From Octopus sinensis (lineage: Eukaryota), in contig NC_043024.1 of NCBI RefSeq assembly GCF_006345805.1, positions 8,246,001-8,310,000 on the forward strand: DNA of 64,000 nucleotides, read 5' to 3'. Both the position numbers and the translations under genes were made by a program. Shown here piece after piece: positions 25,194 through 39,517 of this stretch. Every line of letters begins with the position of its first letter. Position 1 is the stretch's first letter. A model generated the notes under the pieces. The model did no database searches, had not been told where the DNA came from, and was given only the letters and a program-made list of their open reading frames with translations.

Positions 25194-25655
25194 ACAAGGA
25201 ACTTATGTCAGCATCAAGATGCACAAAACTTTTAGATGACTGCCCACACGGAGCCCATAAAAAAAAAAATATATATATATTATTAATAAATAAAATAGAA
25301 CATATGCATATATATAAACATATATGTACGTACCTACCTCTACATGTACGTATACACGCATATATGAGTACAGGACACCAAAAAGACGTCGAACACAATG
25401 AGAAACGAAAACATAGACACAAACCAAAGGAACTGGACAAAAAAATAGAGTACAGGACAATTACACAAAAAAAAAAACCCCTTCTTCAGTCGCTATGGTT
25501 TCATCTACTCTACATTTCGAAGGTGAAAGCGAGATGTATCTTCGACAAGAAACTTTCCTTCCTGCGAAAAGCAAATCAATTAAAATTCTGAGATCTTTTC
25601 GCAGAGGGGTAAAAAATGGTAACAAAAACAGGACAGTACGACAGTACAAATTATC

Positions 25656-25707
<52 letters not shown>

Positions 25708-28700
25708 GATAGATATTTATATTAAGGGCATTACTACACATTATGGTAGTTTTGACTTTAAGAGTCCCTCATGGCGTGAGGCATTTATGTATAGTAATGC
25801 CCTTAATATAAATAAATATATATTTTTTTCCCTTATGAGGTTTTTCACACTGACTACTTGATAAATTCTTACAAAGATTTTATCCTATTTTTTAATTTAT
25901 GTAGATAGATAGATAGGTAAACAAATAGTTAGCTAGATATAGATATAGATACAGATGTGCCGAGTAAAAAGCATCCAGTTCACACTGTAAAGAAGCTGGA
26001 GTTTGGAAGGGCATCCAGCTGTAAAAGTATTATGTGAGAGTACGATACCCCCTGGCGAGAATGGACTGGACCACTATATATGAATAGTAGCAGTCTGAAT
26101 AAGTAAAGAAGTTGTGTTAGTTCCACAGTTCGTGTGTTGATACTCTTTTACTTGTTTCAGTCATTTGACTGCGGCCATGCTGGAGCACTGCCTTTAGTCG
26201 AGCAACTCGACTTATTCTTTTTTGTAAGCCAGTACTTATTCTATCGGTCTCTTTTGCCGAACCGCTAAGTGATGGGGACGTAAACACACCAGCATCGGTT
26301 GTCAAGCAATGCTAGGGGGACAAACACAGACACACAAACAAACACACATACATATATATATATATATATACGACAAGCTTCTTTCAGTTTCCGTCTACCA
26401 AATCCACTCACAAGGCCTTGGTCGACCCGGGGCTATAGCAGAAGACACTTGCCCAAGATGCCACACAGTGGGACTGAACCCGGAACCATGTGGTTGGTTA
26501 GCAAGCTACTTACCACACAGCCACTCCTGATAGTTCAAAGTCGGAGTTCAAAGTTCACAGTTTGAGTTTGTGTGTTGGATTGTTGGTTCTTAAGAGATTG
26601 TTGTTACGTTCTGTTTGGTTACTTCTGTTTGTTTCGATTATATTGTTATTACAATATAATATGGATATTATATGGAGGCCAGTCAAGGTGGCGCTGGCAA
26701 CGGCCACGTTCAGATGGTTCTCTTATGTGCCACCGGCACTGGTATCACAGCTACAATTTCCATTGATGTTGATCAAAATCGAAATCGATCGACATCAATG
26801 GAAATTGTAGCTGTGATACCAGTGCTAGTGGCACATAAGAGAACCATCCGAACGTGGCCGTTGCCAGCGCCACCCCGACTGGTCTCTGTAAAAAGCACCA
26901 TCCGATCGTGACCGATTGCCAGTCTTGTCTGGCCTCCGTGCCGGTGGCACGTAAAAAGCACCGACTACACTCACGGAGTGGTTGGCGTTAGGAAGGGCAT
27001 CCAGCCGTAGAAACATTGCCAGATCAGACTGGGCCTGGTGCAGCCTTCTGGCTTCCCAGACCCCAGTTGAACAGTCCAACCCATGCTAGCATGGAGAGCG
27101 GACGCTAAACGATGATGATGATGATGATGATGATGATGAATAAGGATATCTCTCTCTATATAAACGGCAGTTTGTCTGTGCGTGTTTCTGTGTATCTGTT
27201 TGCTTGTACCCTCACCCTGACCACGGCTTTCAACCGATTCTGATGAAACTTGACACACACATAGCCCAATGTCATAATTCAAAACTAACGCAGCGAAAAT
27301 TTTGAAAAGTTCCCCCAGTTCTGAAAAAAATCGATAAATTCGACATGGGGTCGAGAATCAGGAATACGGACCACAAACTGTCTAGGGGACGCAACTCTAC
27401 CTTTTTTAAATCTCAAAAAAAATTTACCATCATTTTTTTCCATTTTTTTGCTATTTTTTGGCTATAACTCTCTTAAAATGCTTTATAGTTATTTCCCTTA
27501 CAAACCTGAGCAACGCCGGGCGATACTGCTAGTATATAATAAGGATATAACAAAAAGCCATACCAAAGCAGACCTTGCTGCTGCTAGTGCTGCGTAAAAA
27601 GTACCCGGTATTCTCTGTAAAGCAGTTGGCATTAGGAAGGGCATCCAGCCATAGAAACCATGCCAAAACAGACATCACTGGTGCTGGTGCCATGTATAAC
27701 ATCACTCACTCTACTCTGTGAGGTGGTTGGCATTAGGAAGGGCATCCAGCCATAGAAACCATGCCAAAACAGACATCACTGGTGCTGGTGCCATGTATAA
27801 CATCACTCACTCTACTCTGTGAGGTGGTTGGCATTAGGAAGGGCATCCAGCCATAGAAACCATGCCAAAACAGACATCACTGGTGCTGGTGCCATGTATA
27901 ACATCACTCACTCTACTCTGTGAGGTGGTTGGCATTAGGAAGGGCATCCAGCCATAGAAACCATGCCCAAACAGACATCACTGGTGCTGGTGCCATGTAT
28001 AACATCCTCACTCTACTCTGTGAGGTGGTTGGATTAGGAAGGGCATCCAGCCATAGAAACCATGCCAAAACAGACATCACTGGTGCTGGTGCCATGTATA
28101 ACATCACTCACTCTACTGTGAGGTGGTTGGCATTAGGAAAGGCATCCAAGCCATAGAAACCAATGCCAAAACAGACATCACTGTGCTGGTGCCATGTATA
28201 ACATCACTCACTCTACTCTGTGAGGTGGTTGGCATTAGGAAGGGCATCCAGCCATAGAAACCATGCCAAAACAGACATCACTGGTGCTGGTGCCATGTAT
28301 AACATCACTCACTCTACTCTGTGAGGTGGTTGGCATTAGGAAGGGCATCCAGCCATAAAAAACCATGCGGACACAGACAGTGAAGCCTGGTCGTCTTCTG
28401 CCTAATCAGCTCTTGTTAAACCATCCAACCTATACCAGCAGGGAAAACATATGTTAAATGGTGATGATCATAGGCTTCCACACAGTTTCCATCTATCACA
28501 GCGTGGGCTGCGGGGTGGTCTATGACGATTTCATCTCAATCGAAGGAGAGGGGCTTTCTCCGTCCGGGTTGCGAGTCCGTGGAATAAGCTGCCGGACGAG
28601 ATAGTGAAGATGTCGATGACCGCTCGGTTCAAAGTCTCCCTTGACCAGAAATGGCCTGAACTCTTTGTATGAACACCCTCCCTGTACATAACTCCCTGTC

Positions 28701-30514
28701 CCCCTACATGGCCTTGCTTTTTGCTTTTTGAACCATGACTGCTCGGTTCAAAGTCTCTCTTGACCAGAAATGGCCTGAACTCTTTGTATGAACACCCTCC
28801 CTGTACATAACTCCCTGTCCCCCTACATGGGATTGCTTTTTGCTTTTTGAACCATGACTGCTCGGTTCAAAGTCTCTCTTGACCAGAAATGGCCTGAACT
28901 CTTTGTATGAACACCCTCCCTGTACAGAACTCCCTGTCCCCCTACATGGCCTTGCTTTTTGCTTTTTGAACCATGACTGCTCGGTTCAAAGTCTCTCTTG
29001 ACCAGAAATGGCCTGAACTCTTTGTATGAACACCCTCCCTGTACATAACTCCCTGTCCCCCTACATGGCCTTGCTTTTGCTTTTTGAGCCAATAAAAATT
29101 GAATTGAAACAAAAAAATATTCACTCACAAGCTATTGGTCTGCCTGGAAGACATTTGCACGAGGTGCAACGAATTGGGTTTGAATCCATGTGTGCGTGTG
29201 TGTGTTGTGGAGGCACCTGGCCTAGTGGTTAGAGCAGCAGACTCGCAGTCGAGGGATCACGGGTTCGAATCTCAGACCGGGCGATGTGTGTGTTTACGAG
29301 CGAAACACCTAAGCTCCACGGGGCTCCGGCAGATGGTAATGGCAAAACTTCTGCTGACTCTTTCGCCACAACTTTCTCTCACTCTTTCCTCCTGCATCTT
29401 GCAGCTCACCTGCGATGGACCGGCGTCCTGTCCAGGTGGGGAACTATACGCCAAGGAAACCAGGGAAACCGGCCTTATGAGCCAAAATACGAAACCGTTA
29501 TCATTATTATTGGTGGAGACACATGGCCTAGTGGTTAGAGCAGTGAACTCACAGTTGAGGGATTGCAGTTCAAATCTCAGACTGGGTGATTGTGTTATTT
29601 ATGAGCGAAACACCTAAGCTCCACGCGGCTCCGGCAGAAGGTAATGGCGAACTTCTGCTGACTCTTTTGCCACAACTTTCTCTCACTCTTTCCTCCTGTA
29701 TCTTGCAGCTCACCTGCGACGGACCGGCGTCCTGTCCAGGTGGGGAACCTATACGCCAAAGAAACCGGGAAACTGGCCCCTTATGGGCCAGGCATGGCTA
29801 GAGAAGGAACAAATAACAAATGGCTCAGTGGTTAGAGCAGCGGACTCGCAATCAAGGGATCACGGGTTCGAATCTCAGACCGGGCGATGTGTGTGTTTAC
29901 GAGCGAAACACCTAAGCTCCACGCGGCTCCGGCAGAAGGTAATGGCAAAACTTCTGCTGACTCTTTTGTCACAACTTTCTCTCACTCTTTCCTCCTGCAT
30001 CTTGCAGCTTACCTGCGACGGACCGGCGTCCTGTCCAGGTGGGGAACCTATACGCCAAGGAAACCGGGAAACTGGCCCTTATGAGCCAGGCATGACTTGA
30101 GAAGGAACAAACAACATGTGTGTGTGTGTGTGTGCATACACTACATGTATGTCTTTCAAGAGAGAGCAATAAGAGCAAACAAAATCAAAAATGAATAGAA
30201 ATAACAAAAATGAAATTGATACCTCCTGAATGTCAATGTCTCCTTGGTCATTGACTCTGCAATGAATTCAATGCCTTATCCTCAATTTCAGAAATGCAGT
30301 GAACCATAACCAGTCAACCTTCCTGTAACCAATATTGTTATGGTTCACAGATGTGGGGTGCGGCTGTGTGGTGAAAAATTTACTTCCTAACCACATGGTC
30401 CCTGTTTCACTCCCAATTCGTGTCACCTTGGGCAAGTGTCTCTACTATAGCCTCGGGCCGACCAAAGCCTTGTGAGTGGATTTGGTAGACGGAAAACTGA
30501 AAGAAGCCCGTCGT

Positions 30515-30557
<43 letters not shown>

Positions 30558-31346
30558 TGCAGGAGTGGCTGTGTGATAAGTAGTTTGCTTGCCAACCACA
30601 TGCTTCTGGGTTCAGTCCCACTGCGTGGCACCTTGGGCAAGTGCCTTCTACTATAGCCTCGGGCCGACCAAAGCCTCGTGAGTGGATTTGGTAGACGGAA
30701 AACTGAAAGAAGACACATACTCTGTGTGTGTGTTTGTGTTCGTCCCCTAACATTGCTTGATAACTGGTGTTGATGTGTTCACATTCCCACAACCTAGCAG
30801 TTTGGCCAAAGTGACCAATAAAATAAGTACCAGGCGCAAAACGAAAATAAGTGCCCGGGTCGATTAGTTCAACTAAAATTCCTCAAACCATTTTTGCAGT
30901 ATGACTAAAGTCTAATGATAGAAGCGGGTTAAAAAAAATTGGAGATAAGGAGAGAAAGGAGAATGAGAGAGAGAGAGAGTATTTCTTCTCCAGCCTTAGA
31001 GAGAGAGGAAATGTTAAATGCATGGTTGTAAACAACTGGGTGTGTGTATTTGTGTATATATGTGTGTGTATTTGTGTATATATGTGTGTATTTGTGTATA
31101 TATGTGTGTATGTTTGTGTTTGTGTTTGTGCCCACTCCCACTTGACAACTGTAGTTAGTTTGTTTATATCCCAGTAACATAATGGTTCAGCAATAGAGAT
31201 TAATACAGGAGGTACCAGACTGACAAAAATGAAGAAAGAAAAAAAAAGTGTTGAGGCTAATTTGTTCAACTAAAACCTCTAAACCTCTAAAGGAGTGTAA
31301 TATATAGAGATCTATCTGTCTATCTATCTATCTGTCTATCTATCTG

Positions 31347-31384
<38 letters not shown>

Positions 31385-31463
31385 ATCTATCTATCTATCT
31401 ATCTATCTATATGTGTGTATATCTATGTATCTATCTATCTCGCTATATATATACATACATACA

Positions 31464-31499
<36 letters not shown>

Positions 31500-31776
31500 T
31501 ATGTATGTATCATCATCATCGTTTAATGTCCGCTTTCCATGCTATCATGGGTTGGACGGTTCGACTGGGGTCTGGGAAACCAGAAGGCTGCACCAGGCCA
31601 GTCAGATCTGGCAGTGTTTTTACAGCTGGATGCCCTTCCTAATGCCAACCACTCCGTGAGTGTAGTGGGTGCTTTTTACGTGCCAGGCGAGTCTGGCAAT
31701 GGCCACGATCGGTTGGTGCTTTTTACATATCATCATCATCATCGTTTAGCGTCTGTTTTCCATGCTAGCATAGGTT

Positions 31777-31814
<38 letters not shown>

Positions 31815-31869
31815 AGATGTACTTGCATAGCAAGTAATTTGATCTGAGATTGTGTGCTGAAACGAAAAC

Positions 31870-32138
31870 AATTGCAGCATGGAAGGTGTTTATAAGCCAT
31901 TTAAGGAACACACAAAAGCCGTTCGATTCACTTCAACATTTAAGTTTAATTTGTCAAAATATTTTCGGCGCTAAAATCCGCGACCTGTTCACTGACAAAA
32001 ATCTGTGCTGCTTCAGTGAACAGGTCGCGGATTTTAGCGACGAAAATATTTTCACAAATTAAACTTAAATGTTGAAGTGAATCGAACGGCTTTTGTGTGT
32101 TTCTTAAATGGCTTATAAACACCTTCCATGCTGCAATT
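31870..32138. repeat. Near-perfect palindrome, ~126-bp arms, 17-nt spacer
   Basis: Arms 31870-31995 / 32013-32138. A fragment of the same family occurs at ~45378-45415. Confidence 0.9.
31950..31999 (-). ncRNA. Hammerhead-like motif with G3-C8 swapped core
   Basis: Minus strand: tttgtca-GTGAACA-g-gtcgc ggatttta gcgcc-GAA-AATATT-T-tgacaaa. Stem I is 7 bp and stem III is palindromic. The mirror copy on + (~32010-32058) has perfect stem II gtcgc/gcgac but a broken stem I. Confidence 0.55.
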
Positions 32139-32151
32139 ATATATATATATA

Positions 32152-32230
32152 CATCAAATGAAATCAAAAACAGAACACAAAGGATGTTGCGACAGCTGCC
32201 TTTGTGTTCTGTTTTTGATTTCATATGATG
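32152..32230. repeat. Short fold-back, 32-bp arms
   Basis: catcaaatgaaatcaaaaacagaacacaaagg / cctttgtgttctgtttttgatttcatatgatg. Confidence 0.85.
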
Positions 32231-33930
32231 CATATACCCTCTCACCTATGCTACTAGCTGGCGTATACAGGTGCTTACACTTATCAAGTATTCACCCTGA
32301 ATTTATTATATATACATATATATATATAATGTATATATGCATATGCTTTATTTATTATTTTGTTATATATATATATATATATCGAATTGAACCAGCCAGG
32401 ATCCCTGGTCTGGTGGTACATAAAAAGCACTATCCGACTCGTGGCCGATGCCAGCGCTGCCTCGACTGGCTTCCATGCCGGTGGCACGTAAAATACACCA
32501 ATCCGACCGTGGCTGTTGCCAGCCTCGCCTGGCACCTGTGCAGGTGGCACGTAAAAAGCACCCACTACACTCACGGAGTGCTTGGCGTTAGGAAGGGCAT
32601 CCAGCTGTAGAAACATTGCCAGATAAGACTGGAGCCTGGTGCAACCTTCTGGCTTCCCAGACCCCCCCCCCCCCGGTCGAACCGTCCAACCCATGCTAGC
32701 ATGGAGAACGGATGTTAAACGATGATGATGATGATGATGATGTCTATCTATCTATATATCTATAGATGGTGGTGGTGGTGGTGGGAGTAGGGATGTTGTT
32801 TTGCCAAATTTGGAAAAGGGACAGTCACAAACATGGGTCAGCAATCATGGCCATATTAGCATTGTATATAGCTTAGATATTCTCAAGCCATTGTGCTGAA
32901 ATTTGATATGGGCTCTTCATGGATATGTGTCAGTCTAAGACAATAATTTTCAGTTTTTGATTTAGCATAGTGGGGGAATAATGTTAGAGAGTAAAAGGAT
33001 ACTGTTTCTATTCATAGGCGCAGGAGTGGCTGTGTGGTAAGTAGCTTGCTAACCAACCACATGGTTCCGGGTTCAGTCTCACTACGTGGCATCTTGGGCA
33101 AGTGTCTTCTGCTACAGCCTCGGGCCGACCAATGCCTTGTGAGTGGATTTGGTAGACGGAAACTGAAAGAAGCCTGTCGTATATATGTATATATATATAT
33201 ATATATATAATATATATATGTATGTGTGTCTGTGTTTGTTCCCCTAGCATTGCTTGACAACCGATGCTGGTGTGTTTACGTCCCCGTTACTTAGCGGTTC
33301 GGCAAAAGTGACCGATAGAATAAGTACTGGGCTTACAAAAGAATAAGTCCCGGGGTCGATTTGCTCGACTAAAGGCTGTGCTCCAGCATGGCCGCAGTCA
33401 AATGACTGAAACAAATAAAAGATTAAAAGAGTATATCTGTCTATCTGTCTATCTATGTATCTATCTAATGGATATGGGTCAGTCTAAGACAATAATTTTC
33501 AGTTTTTAATTAAGCATAGTTGGGAAATAATGTTAGAGAGTAAAAGGATACTATTTTTATTCATATAACAGACATTATGAAACCACTTATTATCAGGATG
33601 TAAATATTGAGAGATTCAGTGGATGTTGTTACAAATGGGGGGGGGGCCGTCAAATTAAAGTTACTCAAATGTAGATGTAACTATAGATTGTCTTGATTAC
33701 TCTTTACTCTTTAACCCTTTTACATGTTTCAGTTATTTGACTGCGGCCGTGCTGGAGCACCGTCTTTACTCGAGCAAATCAACCCTAGGACTTATTCTAT
33801 GTAAACCTAGTACTTATTCTATCAGTCTCTTTTGCTGAAGTGCTAAGTGATGGGGATGTAAACACACCAGCATCGGTTGTCAAGCGATGTTGGGGGGACA
33901 AACACAGACACACAAACATACACACACACA

Positions 33931-33970
<40 letters not shown>

Positions 33971-34647
33971 CAACAGAGGCTTCTTTCAGTTTCCGTCTAC
34001 CAAATCCACTCACAAGGCATTGGGTCGGCCCGAGGCTGTAGTAGAAGACACTTGCCCAAGGTGCCATGCAGTGGGATTGAACCTGGAACCATGTGGTTGG
34101 TAATCAAGCTACTCACCACACAGCCACTCCTACGCCTGATTGTTACAGGTTTTAAAATTGAGATCAATAAAAGGGCTAGAGGAGCTTAAATTGTAATTGA
34201 AGTTGAGGTTTCTTTTATCCAACACTGGATAAAAGTAAAAAGTTAAAGTTAGGATATAATATTCTTTTCTACTCTACGCACAAAGCCCGAGATTTTGGGG
34301 GAGGAGGCTAGTCAATTAGATCGACCTCAGTACGCAACTGGTACTTAATGTACCAACCCCGAATGAATCAAAGGCAAAATCGATCTTGGCGGAATTTGAA
34401 CTCAGAACATAAAGACAGACGAAATACTGCTTAGCATTTTGCTCGGCATGCTAACAATTCTGCCAGCTCGCCACCTTTAGTTTGAATATAATATTAAAAT
34501 CATAAAAGAATAAAACAGGATAAAAAAAAATAAAATAAAATTTTTTGATATTTTAAAAATTAAAAAAAAAGTTTTAAAATATTTAAAACATGGAAATATA
34601 TCTATCTATCTATCTATCTATCTATTTATCTATCAATCTATATATAT

Positions 34648-34719
<72 letters not shown>

Positions 34720-34773
34720 TTAGATAGATAGACAGATAGTTAGATAGATAGATACATATATATATATATATAC

Positions 34774-34816
<43 letters not shown>

Positions 34817-35267
34817 CACACACACACCCAGCCACACATGCACACACACACATATATAAATGTATACATACACACACAAACATACATACATATATATATA
34901 CACACACATACACACACACATACACCCAGCCACACATGCACACACACACACACACATATAAATGTATACATACACACACAAACATACATACATATATATA
35001 CACACAAATACACACACACATACACACACACATACACACACATACATATATGTATACGTATATATAATATAAGTTAGGATATTATAACATAATTAAATCT
35101 CAGAATGAGATTGAAACAGTAATCGCTCGATAATGTAAAGTATAGAAGCCATCTTATCATGGCTAACCCCCCTCCCCAATGTGGTTAGCCATGATAAGAT
35201 GGCTTCTATACTTTACATTGATATTGTAACACTTATATATAAATTTTGGATCTTTCTCCATTTTCTT

Positions 35268-35300
<33 letters not shown>

Positions 35301-35329
35301 CTCTCTCATCTCTCTCTCTCTCTCTCTTC

Positions 35330-35378
<49 letters not shown>

Positions 35379-35424
35379 ATGTATATGTTATATATAATGT
35401 ATATATATATATATATATATATAT

Positions 35425-35470
<46 letters not shown>

Positions 35471-35491
35471 ATAGTATATATATATATTATG

Positions 35492-35530
<39 letters not shown>

Positions 35531-35987
35531 GATATATATATATATAGATATATATATAATATAATATATATATATATATATATATATAATATGTACAGGC
35601 TGTAAGAAAAACTTCCTTACCAACCACATGGTTCCAAGTTCAGTCCTACTGGGTGGCACCTTGGGCAAGTGTCTTCTACTATATGCCTCAGGTCAACCAA
35701 AGCCTTGTGAGTGGATTTGGCAGACAAGAACTGAAAGAAGCCCGTCATATATGTACATTTATATGTATATGTTTGTGTGTATGTGTGTCTGTGTTTGTCC
35801 CCCTAGCATTGCTTGACAACTGATGTTGGTGTGTTTATATCCCTGTAATTTAGCAGTTCAGCAAAAAGAAACAACAGAATAAGTACTGGGCTTACAAAGA
35901 ATAAGTCCTGGGGTCAATTTGTTCGACTAAAAGCGGTGCTCCAGCAGGCTACAGTCAAATGACTGAAACAAGTAAATAATGAAAGAA

Positions 35988-36066
<79 letters not shown>

Positions 36067-36080
36067 ATATATATTATATA

Positions 36081-36120
<40 letters not shown>

Positions 36121-37440
36121 TGGACTTCTTTCAGTTTCTATCTACCAATTCTATTCGCAAGGCTTTTATCGGCCCAAGGCTATAGAAGTAGACACTTCCC
36201 CACGGTGCACTTTTCTGTTTTTCAGTCATTAGACTGCACTCTTGCTGGGGCCCCTCCTGAAGGGTTTAGGGGTTTTAGTCAAACATACTAACTATAGTAC
36301 TTATTTTCTATCTTTCATTAGTCATTAGACTGCAGCCATGCTGGGACATCTTGTTTTAGTAAGTCTGGTTACTTATACTACTGGTCTCTATTACTGAATT
36401 GCTACATTACAGGGACATAAACAAAGGAACACCTGTGGTCGAGTGCAAGTGGGAACAAAGACAAACACACACATGTATGCATGCACACACATATACACAA
36501 ATACACACACCCAGTTATTTTTCGTGGCCATTGCCAGCGCCGCCCCGACTGGCCTCCGTGCCAGTGGCACGTAAAAAGCACCATCCGGACGTGGTCAATG
36601 CCAGTGCCGCGTTGACTGGCTTCCGTGCCGGTGGCACGTTAAAAGCACCATCCGATCGTGGCCGTTGCCAGCCTCGTCTGGCACGTAAAAAGCACCATCC
36701 AGTTGTGGCCATTGCCAGCCTCGTCTGGCACCCGTGCCGGTGGAACGTAAAAGGCACCCACTACACTCACGGAGCAGCTGGCGTTAGGAAAGGCATCCAG
36801 CTGTAGAAACACTGCCAGATCAGACTGGGCCTGGTGCAGCCTTCTGGCCTCCCAGACCCCAGTTGAACCGTCCAACCCACGCTAGCATGGAAAGCGGACA
36901 TTAAACGATGATGAAGCAAGGATAATTGTATTCTCTCTCTCTCTCCCTGTCTCTCTCTCTCCTCCCCTCTCTCGATGCTTATTTAGTTTTAGTCTAATGA
37001 TCAAATAATTACGTCACAATCTGTGAACCATAATAATTTTTTTTGAAATTGGGTTGGGCAGCTCTGGTTTCATTGCGTGTCTGAAGTCAAGGCTGAGCCA
37101 ATTAACTCTTCACGGGATCAATAAGCGTCAATTTTTTTACAAAAATATTTTTATTAATTTTGTTTATTTTTCTATCATTTTTCTCTAGTGTAAGATATAC
37201 ATGTAGTGTACACACACACACACACATGGGTTCAGATCCTATTCATGGCACCTTGGGCAAATGTCTTCCTCATAGACCAATGGCTCGTGAATGAATTTGG
37301 TAAATGGAAACTGTGTGGAAGGTCTTCATATATATATATATATTCAATAATGAGGGTGAATAAAATTATAGATATTAATTCAATAATACCCTTATTTTAA
37401 CACCGAACCACCTAGTCGACATTTGTCAATTATATTGACA

Positions 37441-37519
37441 AATGTTGCTGACGAATCATAGACAATTATGTAAGTATAATCTGCATATTTTGTTAATGAG
37501 GAAACAATTGTACAACATT
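37441..37519 (+). ncRNA. Type I hammerhead ribozyme motif (canonical core)
   Basis: aatgttg-CTGACGA(37448-54)-atcat...atgag-GAAA(37501-04)-caattg-TA-caacatt. Perfect 7-bp stem I, palindromic stem III ACAATTGT, triplet GUA. Stem II is 4 bp under an A.G closing mismatch. Confidence 0.72.
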
Positions 37520-39517
37520 AATCCATTATTTAGTTGTATTTCAATTTCATTGCGTTGATTGTAGTGCTATTTTTATGTGGAATTATCATTGGCGACTACC
37601 GGTGGAGCTATTTCTAGCACTAGAGTTAACATATTCAAAGTTGGCTCTCTTATATTTATGGATATATATATATATATGGCCGATGCCAGCGCCGCCTTGA
37701 CTGGCTTCTGTGCCGGTGGCACGTAAAAAGCACCATCCGAACGTGGCCGATGCCAGCGTCACCTTGACTGGTCCCTGTGCCAGTGGCACGTTAAAAGCAC
37801 CAACTGATCGTGGCCGCTGCCAAATTCTTGTGGCACGTAAAAAGCACCCACTACACTCACGGAGTGCTTGGCGTTAGGAAGGGCATCCAGCTGTAGAAAC
37901 ATTGCCAGATCAGACTGGGCCTGGCGCAGCCTCCTGGCTTCCCAGACCCCGGTCAAACCGTCCAACCCATGCTAGCATGGAAAGCGGACGTTAAACGATG
38001 ATGAAGCAAGGATAATTGCATTCTCTCTCTCTCCTCCCCTCTCTCCATGCTTATTTAGTTTTAGTCTAATAATCAAATAATTATGTCACAATCTGTGAAC
38101 CATAATAATTTTGTTTGAAATTGGGTTGGGCAGCTCTGGTTTCACTGCATGTCTGAAATCAAGGTTGAGCCAATTAAATCTTCACGGGATCAATAACCGA
38201 AGAGACATTGGCATTGAGGAAGCGTCAATTTTAAAAAATAAAATATTTTTATTAATTTTGTTTGTTTTTTTAAATTCAAAATACACTTAAGTTTCTTAAT
38301 GGCAATTGCTAGTGCTTTCCACATTTCTCCAAGCTGGTATCTGACTGGTTTAAAAACTGAAGCAGTTTCTAGGAGACAATTGGAAGAGGTTAAAAGATAA
38401 ACCACTGAGTATATATATATACATGAGAGGCGCAATGGCCTAGTGGTTAGGGCAGCGGACTCACGGTCGCAGGATCGCGGTTTCAATTCTCAGACCGGGC
38501 GTTGTGTGTGTTTATTGAGCGAAAACACCTAAAAGCTCTACGAGGCTCCGGCAGGGGGTGGTGATCCCTGCTGTACTCTTTCACCACAATGGCGGTGCCC
38601 CAGCATGGCCACAGCTCAAGAGCTGAAACTGGAAAAACAAAAACAAAACAAACAAATACATATATATATATACATACATACACACACATATATATATATA
38701 TATATGCACACACATGACAGGCTTCATTCAGTTTCCATCTACTAAATCCACTCACAAGTCTTTGGTCACCCTGAGACTATAGTAGAAAACACTTGCCCGA
38801 GTTGCCACGCGGTGGGACTGAACCTGAAACCGTGTGGCTGGGAAGCAAGCTTCTTTCCACACAGCCAGGCCTGCACCTGTTGTGTGTGTGTGTGTTTTTC
38901 CCCACACCACTGCTTGAAAACCAGTGTCATTTTGTTTACAGCCCCATAACTTAGCAGTTCAGTAAAAGAGTCCTGTGGAATATACACCAAGCTTGAAAAG
39001 AAAAAAGTTTTGGGGTCGATTCATTTAACTAAAAACCCTTCAAGGTGGTGCCCCAGCATGGCTGCACTCTACACACACACACACACTCACTCACACACAT
39101 ACACATGCATGCACACACACACACAGAGTAACAGTGATAACTGTTACTTCTAATCTCTCAAACGTTGATTTTTTTTTTAAAATGTCTCCTAGATGTAATC
39201 GCCTGCTCTTATGAACCGTACCATAAGCCAAAATGAAAAACTCTATCATCCAGCGTACAGTGTTTAAAAACCTGATGGCTAACATTATTGATAGGATATC
39301 TAATCTCTCTTCTCCTAAAGAAATATCTGTTATGGTAGCTCCTACTATAATCATACCCTAGCTAATGCGGCTTCAAAGATAAGATATATTACAACCCTTC
39401 AAGTAAAATTATTAATCTTAATAATGGACATAAAAAAAATAATATGTCCTCCACCACTTCCTCCCGAATTGTTAAAACTAGTGCAGGCAAGAAATTTCTG
39501 TGTCTTTTTCAATAAGC

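Larger units (their letters stand above)
18515..30520 (+). repeat. ~6-kb tandem duplication (units ~18515-24680 and ~24683-30520)
   Basis: Collinear, near-identical content with both breakpoints in (TA)n tracts. Confidence 0.92.

Noticed and set aside
25076-25591. 171-aa ORF
   Set aside because: It spans two repeat elements and a TA tract, is broken in the duplicate copy, and has no recognisable domain.
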